A DNA stretch of 64,000 bases, taken from Eledone cirrhosa (taxonomy: Eukaryota). Under the pieces are notes generated by a model, which searched no databases, was not told where the DNA came from, and saw only the letters and a list, made by a program, of their open reading frames with translations. The position numbers were made by a program, and so were the translations under genes. The stretch is taken from contig OZ024764.1 in NCBI GenBank assembly GCA_964016885.1, positions 28,768,001 to 28,832,000 of the forward strand. Direction: 5' to 3'. This document shows positions 37,701 through 49,330 of the stretch, piece after piece. Every line of letters starts with the position of its first letter. The first letter of the stretch is position 1.

Positions 37701-40700
37701 CTCGTTTCATCTGTATCTCTCTCTGTCGTTTCATCTCCCTCTATCTCTCTCTCGCTCTCTCGTTTCATCTCTCTCTCCCTCTCGTTTCATCTCGCTCTCT
37801 CTCTCCTGTTTCATCTCGCTCTCTCTCTCCTGTTTCATCTCGCTCTCTACTCTCGTTTCCTCTCTCTCGTTTCGTCTCTCTCGTTTCCTCTCTCTCTCGT
37901 TTCATCTAGCTCTCCCACTCTCGTTTCATCTCGCTCTCTCTGTCTCGTTCCATCTCGCTCTCACTCTCTCGTTTCATCTCGCTCTCTCTCTCTCATTTCA
38001 TCTCGCTCTCTCTCTCTCATTTCATCTCGCTCTCTCTCTCTCGTTTCATCTCGCTCCCTCTGTCTCGTTTCATCTCGCTCTCGCTCTCTCTGTCTCGTTT
38101 CATCCCGCTCTCTCTGTCTCGTTTCATCTCGCTCTCTCTCTCTCATTTCATCTCGCTCTCTCTCTCTCATTTCATCTCGCTCTCTCTCTCTCTCTCGTTT
38201 CATCTCGCTCTCACTCTCTCATTTCATCTCGCTCTCTCTCGTTTGATTTCGCTTTCACTCTCTCTTCCTCTCTCTCTCTTGTTTCAACACTCTAATCCCT
38301 CACTTGTTTCATCTCTATCTAATCCCTCACTTGTTTCATCTATCTCAGAATTATTAGCCACAGGGGCAGAGATGTCCATAACATTACATGTCAGAATTAT
38401 TAGCCACAGGGGCAGAGATGTCCATAACATTACATGACAGATTTATTAGCCACAGGGGCAGAGATGTCCATAACATTACATGTCATATTTATTAGCCACA
38501 GGGGCAGAGATGTCCATAACATTACATGTCAGAATTATTAGCCACAGGGGCAGAGATGTCCATAACATTACATGACAGATTTATTAGCCACAGGGGCAGA
38601 GATGTCCATAACATTACATGACAGAATTATTAGCCACAGGGGCAGAGATGTCCATAACATTACATGACAGAATTATTAGCCACAGGGGCAGAGATTTCCA
38701 TAACATTACATGACAATTATTAGCCCCAAGGGCAGATGTGTCCATAACATTACATGACAGACTTTCATCTCGCGCTCTCTCTCTCTCGTTTCATCTTCCG
38801 CTCTCTCTCTTCCTCTCTCTCGTTTCATCTTGCTCTCTCTCTCTCTCGTTTCATCTCGCGTTCTCTCTCTTCCTCTCTCTCGTTTCATCTCGCTCTCTCT
38901 CTCTCTCGTTTCATCTCTGTCTTCCTCTCTCTCGTTCCATCTCTCTCTTCCTCTCTCTCGTTCCATCTCTCTCTTCCTCTCTCTCGTTTCATCTCTCTCT
39001 CTCGTTTCATCTCTATCTCCCTCGTTTCATCTGTCTCTCTCTCTGTCGTTTCATCTCCCTCTATCTCTCTCTCGCTCTCTCGTTTCATCTCTCTCTCCCT
39101 CTCGTTTCATCTCGCTCTCTCTCTCCTGTTTCATCTCGCTCTCTCTCTCCTGTTTCATCTCGCTCTCTCTCTCCTGTTTCATCTCGCTCTCTCTCTCCTG
39201 TTTCATCTCGCTCTCTACTCTCGTTTCCTCTCTCTCTCGTTTCCTCTAGCTCTCACTCTCTCGTTTCATCTCGCTCTCTCTCTCTCATTTCATCTCGCTC
39301 TCTCTCTCTCGTTTCATCTCGCTCTAATCTGTCTCGTTTCATTTCGCTCTCTCTCTCTCTCGTTTCATCTCGCTCTCTCTGTCTCGTTTCATCTCGCTCT
39401 CTCTCTCTCATTTCATCTCGCTCTCGCTCTCTCATTTCATCTCGCTCTCTCTCTCTCGTTTCATCTCGCTCTCACTCTCTCATTTCATCTCGCTCTCTCT
39501 CTCTCGTTTGATCTCGCTCTCACTCTCTCTTCCTCTCTCTCTCTTGTTTCAACACTCTAATCCCTCACTTGTTTCATCTCTCTCTTATCCCTCACTTGTT
39601 TCATCTGTCTCTCTCTCTGTCGTTTCATCTCCCTCTATCTCTCTCTCGCTCTCTCGTTTCATCTCTCTCTCCCTCTCGTTTCATCTCGCTCTCTCTCTCC
39701 TGTTTCATCTCGCTCTCTCTCTCCTGTTTCATCTCGCTCTCTACTCTCGTTTCCTCTCTCTCGTATCCTCTCTCTCGTTTCCTCTCTCTCTCGTTTCCTC
39801 TCTCTATCGTTTCCTCTAGCTCTCACTCTCTCGTTTCATCTCGCTCTCTCTCTCTCATTTCATCTCGCTCTCTCTCTCTCGTTTCATCTCGCTCTAATCT
39901 GTCTCGTTTCATTTCGCTCTCTCTCTCTCTCGTTTCACCTCGCTCTCTCTGTCTCGTTTCATCTCGCTCTCTCTCTCTCATTTCATCTCGCTCTCTCTCT
40001 CTCATTTCATCTCGCTCTCTCTCTCTCGTTTCATCTCGCTCTCACTCTCTCATTTCATCTCGCTCTCTCTCTCTCGTTTCATCTCGCTCTCACTCTCTCT
40101 TCCTCTCTCTCTCTTGTTTCAACACTCTAATCCCTCACTTGTTTCATCTCTCTCTTATCCCTCACTTGTTTCATCTCTCTCAGAATTATTAGCCACAGGG
40201 GCAGAGATATCCATAACATTACATGTCAGAATTATTAGCCACAGGGGCAGAGATGTCCATAACATTACATGACAGATTTATTAGCCACAGGGGCAGAGAT
40301 GTCCATAACATTACATGACAAATTTATTAGCCACAGGGGCAGAGATGTCCATAACATTACATGACAGAATTATTAGCCACAGGGGCAGAGATGTCCATAA
40401 CATTACATGACATAATTATTAGCCATAGGGACAGAGATGTCCATAACATTACATGACAGAATTATTTGCCACAGGGGCAGAGATGTACATAACATTACAT
40501 GACAATTATTAGCCCCAAGGGTAGATATGTCCATAACATTACATGACAATTATTAGCCCCAAGGGCAGATATGTCCATAACATTACATGACAGACTTTCA
40601 TCTCGCGCTCTCTCTCTTCCTCTCTCTCGTTTCATCTCGCTCTCTCTCTCTCGTTTCATCTCGCTCTCTCTCTCTCGTTTCATCTCGCTCTCTCTCTCTC

Positions 40701-43700
40701 GTTTCATCTCGCACTCTCTCTCTTCCTCTCTCTCGTTTCATCTCGCTCTCTCTCTCTCTCGTTTCATATCTGTCTTCCTTTCTCTCGTTCCATCTCTCTA
40801 TTCCTCTCTCTCTCGTTTCATCTAGCTATCACTCTCTCGTTTCATCTCCCTCTATCTCTCTCTCGCTCTCTCGTTTCATCTCTCCCTCCCTCTCGTTTCA
40901 TCTCGCTCTCTCTCTCCAGTTTCATCTCGCTCTCTCTCTCTCCTGTTTCATCTTGCTCTCTACTCTCGTTTCCTCTCTCTTGTTTCCTCTCTCTAGTTTC
41001 CTCTCTCTCTCGTTTCCTCTCTCTCTCGTTTCATCTAGCTCTCACTCTCTCGTTTCATCTCGCTCTCTCTGACTCGTTCCATCTCGCTCTCACTCTCTCG
41101 TTTCATCTCGCTCTCTCTCTCTCATTTCATCTCGCTCTCTCTCTCTCATTTCATCTCGATCTCTCTGTCTCGTTTCATCCCGCTCTCTCTGTCTCGTTTC
41201 ATCTCGCTCTCTCTCTCTCATTTCATCTCGCTCTCTCTCTCTCATTTCATCTCGCTCTCTCTCTCTCATTTCATCTCGCTCTCTCTCACTCTCTCGTTTC
41301 ATCTCACTCTCAATCTCTCATTTCATCTCGCTCTCTCTCTCTCACTTCATCTCGCGCTCTCTCTCTTCCTCTCTCTCGTTTCATCTCGCGCTCTCTCTCT
41401 TCCTCTCTCTCGTTTCATCTCGCTCTCTCTCTCTCTCGTTTCATCTTGCGCTCTCTCTCTTCCTCTCTCTCGTTTCATCTCGATCTCTCTCTGTCTCGTT
41501 TCATCTCTGTCCTCCTCTCGCTCGTTCCATCTCTCTCTTCCTCTCTCTCGTTCCATCTCTCTCTTCCTCTCTCTCGTTTCATCTTGCTCTCTCTCTCTCT
41601 CGTTTCATCTCTGTCTTCCTCTCTCTCGTTCCATCTCTCTCTTCCTCTCTCTCGTTCCATCTCTCTCTTCCTCTCTCTCGTTTCATCTCTCTCTCTCGTT
41701 TCATCTCTATCTCCCTCGTTTCATCTGTCTCTCTCTCTGTCGTTTCATCTCCCTCTATCTCTCTCTCGCTCTCTCGTTTCATCTCTCTCTCCCTCTCGTT
41801 TCATCTCGCTTTCTCTCTCCTGTTTCATCTCGCTCTCTCTCTCCTGTTTCATCTCGCTCTCTACTCTCGTTTCCTCTCTCTCGTTTCGTATCTCTCGTTT
41901 CCTCTCTCTCTCGTTTCATCTAGCTCTCCTACTCTCGTTTCATCTCGCTCTCTCTGTCTCGTTCCATCTCGCTCTCACTCTCTCGTTTCATCTCGCTCTC
42001 TCTCTCTCATTTCATCTCGCTCTCTCTCTCTCATTTCATCTCGCTCTCTCTCTCTCGTTTCATCTCGCTCTCTCTGTCTCGTTTCATCTCGCTCTTGCTC
42101 TCTCTGTCACGTTTCATCCCGCTCTCTCTGTCTCGTTTCATCTCGCTCTCTCTCTCTCATTTCATCTCGCTCTCTCTCTCTCATTTCATCTCGCTCTCTC
42201 TCTCTCTCTCGTTTGATCTCGCTCTCACTCTCTCTTCCTCTCTCTCTCTTGTTTCAACACTCTAATCCCTCACTTGTTTCATCTCTCTCTTATCCCTCAC
42301 TTGTTTCATCTCTCTCAGAATTATTAGCCACAGGGGCAGAGATATCCATAACATTACATGTCAGAATTATTAGCCACAGGGGCAGAGATGTCCATAACAT
42401 TACATGACAGATTTATTAGCCACAGGGGCAGAGATGTCCATAACATTACATGACAAATTTATTAGCCACAGGGGCAGAGATGTCCATAACATTACATGAC
42501 AGAATTATTAGCCACAGGGGCAGAGATGTCCATAACATTACATGACATAATTATTAGCCACAGGGACAGAGATGTCCATAACATTACATGACAGAATTAT
42601 TTGCCACAGGGGCAGAGATGTACATAACATTACATGACAATTATTAGCCCCAAGGGTAGATATGTCCATAACATTACATGACAATTATTAGCCCCAAGGG
42701 CAGATATGTCCATAACATTACATGACAGACTTTCATCTCGCGCTCTCTCTCTTCCTCTCTCTCGTTTCATCTCGCTCTCTCTCTCTCGTTTCATCTCGCT
42801 CTCTCTCTCTCGTTTCATCTCGCTCTCTCTCTCTCGTTTCATCTCGCGCTCTCTCTCTTCCTCTCTCTCGTTTCATCTCGCTCTCTCTCTCTCTCGTTTC
42901 ATATCTGTCTTCCTCTCTCTCGTTCCATCTCTCTATTCCTCTCTCTCTCGTTTCATCTAGCTATCACTCTCTCGTTTCATCTCCCTCTATCTCTCTCTCG
43001 CTCTCTCGTTTCATCTCTCCCTCCCTCTCGTTTCATCTCGCTCTCTCTCTCCGGTTTCATCTCGCTCTCTCTCTCTCCTGTTTCATCTTGCTCTCTACTC
43101 TCGTTTCCTCTCTCTTGTTTCCTCTCTCTAGTTTCCTCTCTCTCTCGTTTCCTCTCTCTCTCGTTTCATCTAGCTCTCACTCTCTCGTTTCATCTCGCTC
43201 TCTCTGACTCGTTCCATCTCGCTCTCACTCTCTCGTTTCATCTCGCTCTCTCTCTCTCATTTCATCTCGCTCTCTCTCTCTCATTTCATCTCGATCTCTC
43301 TGTCTCGTTTCATCCCGCTCTCTCTGTCTCGTTTCATCTCGCTCTCTCTCTCTCATTTCATCTCGCTCTCTCTCTCTCTCATTTCATCTCGCTCTCTCTC
43401 TCTCATTTCATCTCGCTCTCTCTCACTCTCTCGTTTCATCTCACTCTCAATCTCTCATTTCATCTCGCTCTCTCTCTCTCACTTCATCTCGCACTCTCTC
43501 TCTTCCTCTCTCTCGTTTCATCTCGCGCTCTCTCTCTTCCTCTCTCTCGTTTCATCTCGCTCTCTCTCTCTCTCTCGTTTCATCTTGCGCTCTCTCTCTT
43601 CCTCTCTCTCGTTTCATCTCGATCTCTCTCTGTCTCGTTTCATCTCTGTCCTCCTCTCGCTCGTTCCATCTCTCTCTTCCTCTCTCTCGTTCCATCTCTC

Positions 43701-46700
43701 TCTTCCTCTCTCTCGTTTCATCTTGCTCTCTCTCTCTCTCGTTTCATCTCTGTCTTCCTCTCTCTCGTTCCATCTCTCTCTTCCTCTCTCTCGTTCCATC
43801 TCTCTCTTCCTCTCTCTCGTTTCATCTCTCTCTCTCGTTTCATCTCTATCTCCCTCGTTTCATCTGTCTCTCTCTCTGTCGTTTCATCTCCCTCTATCTC
43901 TCTCTCGCTCTCTCGTTTCATCTCTCTCTCCCTCTCGTTTCATCTCGCTTTCTCTCTCCTGTTTCATCTCGCTCTCTCTCTCCTGTTTCATCTCGCTCTC
44001 TACTCTCGTTTCCTCTCTCTCGTTTCGTATCTCTCGTTTCCTCTCTCTCTCGTTTCATCTAGCTCTCCTACTCTCGTTTCATCTCGCTCTCTCTGTCTCG
44101 TTCCATCTCGCTCTCACTCTCTCGTTTCATCTCGCTCTCTCTCTCTCATTTCATCTCGCTCTCTCTCTCTCATTTCATCTCGCTCTCTCTCTCTCGTTTC
44201 ATCTCGCTCTCTCTGTCTCGTTTCATCTCGCTCTTGCTCTCTCTGTCACGTTTCATCCCGCTCTCTCTGTCTCGTTTCATCTCGCTCTCTCTCTCTCATT
44301 TCATCTCGCTCTCTCTCTCTCATTTCATCTCGCTCTCTCTCTCTCTCTCGTTTGATCTCGCTCTCACTCTCTCTTCCTCTCTCTCTCTTGTTTCAACACT
44401 CTAATCCCTCACTTGTTTCATCTCTCTCTTATCCCTCACTTGTTTCATCTCTCTCAGAATTATTAGCCACAGGGGCAGAGATATCCATAACATTACATGT
44501 CAGAATTATTAGCCACAGGGGCAGAGATGTCCATAACATTACATGACAGATTTATTAGCCACAGGGGCAGAGATGTCCATAACATTACATGACAAATTTA
44601 TTAGCCACAGGGGCAGAGATGTCCATAACATTACATGACAGAATTATTAGCCACAGGGGCAGAGATGTCCATAACATTACATGACATAATTATTAGCCAC
44701 AGGGACAGAGATGTCCATAACATTACATGACAGAATTATTTGCCACAGGGGCAGAGATGTACATAACATTACATGACAATTATTAGCCCCAAGGGTAGAT
44801 ATGTCCATAACATTACATGACAATTATTAGCCCCAAGGGCAGATATGTCCATAACATTACATGACAGACTTTCATCTCGCGCTCTCTCTCTTCCTCTCTC
44901 TCGTTTCATCTCGCTCTCTCTCTCTCGTTTCATCTCGCTCTCTCTCTCTCGTTTCATCTCGCTCTCTCTCTCTCGTTTCATCTCGCGCTCTCTCTCTTCC
45001 TCTCTCTCGTTTCATCTCGCTCTCTCTCTCTCTCGTTTCATATCTGTCTTCCTCTCTCTCGTTCCATCTCTCTATTCCTCTCTCTCTCGTTTCATCTAGC
45101 TATCACTCTCTCGTTTCATCTCCCTCTATCTCTCTCTCGCTCTCTCGTTTCATCTCTCCCTCCCTCTCGTTTCATCTCGCTCTCTCTCTCCGGTTTCATC
45201 TCGCTCTCTCTCTCTCCTGTTTCATCTTGCTCTCTACTCTCGTTTCCTCTCTCTTGTTTCCTCTCTCTAGTTTCCTCTCTCTCTCGTTTCCTCTCTCTCT
45301 CGTTTCATCTAGCTCTCACTCTCTCGTTTCATCTCGCTCTCTCTGACTCGTTCCATCTCGCTCTCACTCTCTCGTTTCATCTCGCTCTCTCTCTCTCATT
45401 TCATCTCGCTCTCTCTCTCTCATTTCATCTCGATCTCTCTGTCTCGTTTCATCCCGCTCTCTCTGTCTCGTTTCATCTCGCTCTCTCTCTCTCATTTCAT
45501 CTCGCTCTCTCTCTCTCTCATTTCATCTCGCTCTCTCTCTCTCATTTCATCTCGCTCTCTCTCACTCTCTCGTTTCATCTCACTCTCAATCTCTCATTTC
45601 ATCTCGCTCTCTCTCTCTCACTTCATCTCGCACTCTCTCTCTTCCTCTCTCTCGTTTCATCTCGCGCTCTCTCTCTTCCTCTCTCTCGTTTCATCTCGCT
45701 CTCTCTCTCTCGTTTCATCTTGCGCTCTCTCTCTTCCTCTCTCTCGTTTCATCTCGATCTCTCTCTGTCTCGTTTCATCGCTGTCTTCCTCTCGCTCGTT
45801 CCATCTCTCTCTTCCTCTCTCTCGTTCCATCTCTCTCTTCCTCTCTCTCGTTTCATCTTGCTCTCTCTCTCTCTCGTTTCATCTCTGTCTTCCTCTCTCT
45901 CGTTCCATCTCTCTCTTCCTCTCTCTCGTTCCATCTCTCTCTTCCTCTCTCTCGTTTCATCTCTCTCTCTCGTTTCATCTCTATCTCCCTCGTTTCATCT
46001 GTCTCTCTCTCTGTCGTTTCATCTCCCTCTATCTCTCTCTCGCTCTCTCGTTTCATCTCTCTCTCCCTCTCGTTTCATCTCGCTTTCTCTCTCCTGTTTC
46101 ATCTCGCTCTCTCTCTCCTGTTTCATCTCGCTCTCTACTCTCGTTTCCTCTCTCTCGTTTCGTATCTCTCGTTTCCTCTCTCTCTCGTTTCATCTAGCTC
46201 TCCTACTCTCGTTTCATCTCGCTCTCTCTGTCTCGTTCCATCTCGCTCTCACTCTCTCGTTTCATCTCGCTCTCTCTCTCTCATTTCATCTCGCTCTCTC
46301 TCTCTCATTTCATCTCGCTCTCTCTCTCTCGTTTCATCTCGCTCTCTCTGTCTCGTTTCATCTCGCTCTTGCTCTCTCTGTCACGTTTCATCCCGCTCTC
46401 TCTGTCTCGTTTCATCTCGCTCTCTCTCTCTCATTTCATCTCGCTCTCTCTCTCTCATTTCATCTCGCTCTCTCTCTCTCTCTCGTTTCATCTCGCTCTC
46501 ACTCTCTCTTCCTCTCTCTCTCTTGTTTCAACACTCTAATCCCTCACTTGTTTCATCTCTCTCTAATCCCTCACTTGTTTCATCTCTCTCAGAATTATTA
46601 GCCACAGGGGCAGAGATGTCCATAACATTACATGTCAGAATTATTAGCCACAGGGGCAGAGATGTCCATAACATTACATGTCAGAATTATTAGCCACAGG

Positions 46701-47696
46701 GGCAGAGATGTCCATAACATTACATGACAGATTTATTAGCCACAGGGGCAGAGATGTCCATAACATTACATGACGAATTTATTAGCCACAGGGGCAGAGA
46801 TGTCCATAACATTACATGTCAGAATTATTAGCTACAGGGGCAGAGATGTCCATAACATTACATGTCAGAATTATTAGCCACAGGGGCAGAGATGTCCATA
46901 ACATTACATGACAGATTTATTAGCCACAGTGGCAGAGATGTCCGTAACATTAAATGACAGATTTATTAGCCACAGGGGCAGAGATTCCATAACATTACAT
47001 GTCAGAATTATTAGCCACAGGGGCAGAGATTTCCATAACATTACATGACAGAATTATTAGCCACAGGGGCAGAGATGTCCATAACATTACATGACAATTA
47101 TTAGCCCCAGGGTCAGATATGTCCATGACAGAGTTTCATCTCTCGCTCTCTCTCTTCCTCTCTCTCGTTTCATCTCGCTCTCTCTCTCGTTTCATCTCGC
47201 TCTCTCTCTCTCTCGTTTCACCTCTGTCTTCTTCTCTCTCGTTTCATCTCTCTCTTCCTCTCTCTCGTTCTATCTCTCTCTTCCTCTCTCTCGTTTCATC
47301 TCTCTCTCTCGTTTCATCTCTATATCCCTCGTTTCATCTGTCTCTCTCTCTGTCGTTTCATTTCCCTCTATCTCTCTCTCGCTCTCTCGTTTCATCTCTC
47401 TCTCCCTCTCGTTTCATCTCGCTCTCTCTCTCCTGTTTCATCTCGCTCTCTACTCACGTTTCCTCTCTCTCGTTTCCTCTCTTTCTCGTTTCATCTCTCT
47501 CTCGTTTCATCTCTCTATGTCTCATTTCATCTCGCTCTCTCTCTCTCTCATTTCATCTCGTTCTCTCTCTCTCTCATTTCATCTCGCTCTCACTCTCTCG
47601 TTTCATCTCGCTCTCTCACTCTCGTTTCATCTCGCACTCTCTCTCTCATTTCATCTCGCTCTCTGTCTCGTGTCATCTCGCTCTCTCTGTCTCTCG
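34789..47696. repeat. Composite satellite, right arm (CT on + strand): 7 longer blocks with longer 46-bp runs
   Basis: Reverse-complement organisation of the left arm; period 2135-2139 bp (40571, 42706, 44845). Confidence 0.95.
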
Positions 47697-47843
47697 GGTC
47701 TGACGCCATGCTTTCCAGCATAGTTACGTCCCTTTACGATCCGAGGTCAACTTTGCCTTTCATCCTTACGGGGTCGATAAAATAAAGTACTAGTAATGTA
47801 CTGGTTAATTACTGACCTTGTGCCTAAAATAGAAACAATTATT
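47697..47843 (+). mobile_element. 5'-truncated tRNA-SINE abutting the satellite end
   Basis: GCCATGCTTTCCAGCATAG...ACTTTGCCTTTCATCCTTACGGGGTCGATAAAATAAAGTAC...GAAACAATTATT. Confidence 0.8.
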
Positions 47844-48313
47844 AGTTCAAAGAGAAACCACCATCATAGAGAAACCACCATCCTACCTGAAATATTATGT
47901 TATCATATTAAATATTTCTTATACTGTCATGTTTTTTCTTTAAAACGATTGGATTTCAATAAAGTGAAGAAAACTATTATATACTGTTGTTATATCATTA
48001 TACTTTAGTTTTAACTTATTATTTCTATGTGTATAAATATAATGTATGTAAGTGTGTTTGAAAATATATAATAATAATATGCATGTTTGAAGCAGCGTTC
48101 AACTGAAATATCTACACCGGTAACTTAATTAGTGTTACACCTTAGGCATAAACTATTTGGCATTCTTTGAAGGAGGTACTAGGTTTTTCAATGTCTTAAA
48201 TGGAGTATACACGCGCACACAATGCATATATATAAATTGTTTTTCTCTGTACAAAGAGATTGACATCATTTCTTAAATCATTATTTAGGGTTTTACATTA
48301 TTTAGGGTTTTAC

Positions 48314-48440
48314 GTCCCTTAACGATCTGAGTTCAAATCCCGCTGAGGTTGACTTTGCCTTTCATCCTTACGGGGTCGATAAAATAAAGTACCAGTAATG
48401 CACTGGGTAATTGCTGGCCTTGTGCCAAAAAGTAGAAACA
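48314..48440 (+). mobile_element. 5'-truncated tRNA-SINE with a 17-bp TSD
   Basis: B box GAGTTCAAATCC; ATTATTTAGGGTTTTAC at 48280, 48297 and 48441. Confidence 0.85.
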
Positions 48441-48565
48441 ATTATTTAGGGTTTTACAACAAAACATATTGTATGTGTAATTATACAAATTGAATTTAAG
48501 TATTTATTTTAAAATTTTACATACACTTTAGTAGTATATATATATATATATATATATATTCATTT

Positions 48566-49330
48566 GTGATGCCATGCATTGTATTGTACACTTCGACATA
48601 TGAATTACGTTCATGCAACACTTCTCTTATCATAGCCATTTTTTATGGTGAGCAGTCATTATTTGTTGGTACTAGGGCAGTGGATTGGCAGTATCGGTAG
48701 AGCGCCAGACACCATGCTTTACAGCATAGGGTTATGGCCATTTACGTTCTGGGTTCAAATCCCTCCAAGGTTGACTTTGTTTTCATCCTTATGAGGTCGA
48801 TAGAATAAAGTACCAGTAATTGCTGGCCTTGTGCCAGAAACAATTATTTGGTTGTACTTCCAATCTGTGCTACACACCTTCGTTCCCATCAATAATATAT
48901 AACTGGTCATATTGTGGTGTATTTTCTGCAGGTTACAGAGATGGGGGTGTAGTGATATGTTTGACCCTGAATATGAAAGCTATACGGGCCTCTGCCGGGT
49001 GGTAACACCAAATGAAGTGAAATAAATGTAGTTTTAATTGCAGATGTTTCTGTGAAATCAACTGCTTCCTGGCCTCTTTCAAAGAGATTTCTCAGTCTCT
49101 CAGGGTATATTTGCAATGGTGGCAACACAACCTTTCCTTTATTACAACAGTTACAATTTTCATTTCTAAATTTCAAAGCTCCACAGTGATCACACGAAAC
49201 ATTCATATCACTAATATGAAATTCTTCTACATTTCCATTAATATTAATTGTTGGCCAATTTCTCTTACAACGCTCATTATCCATTCTTCTCTGTCTGAAT
49301 GTTTTCCATTCTGTTGTTTATTATGTAATT
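48566..49330 (-). mobile_element. Helitron N-terminal partial copy H4 with nested SINE
   Basis: ORF 48907-49284 matches 21557-21952; truncated next to a (TA)n tract. Confidence 0.9.

Noticed and set aside
23035-47696. CRISPR-like repeat-spacer reading of the 46-, 55- or 89-bp arrays
   Set aside because: No unique spacers, no cas genes, and a eukaryotic TE context.
23727-47723. Long S/L/F/H- and R/E-rich ORFs (up to 450 aa), also at 59-64 kb
   Set aside because: They are translations of stop-poor (CT)/(GA) repeats, open in several frames, with no domain content.
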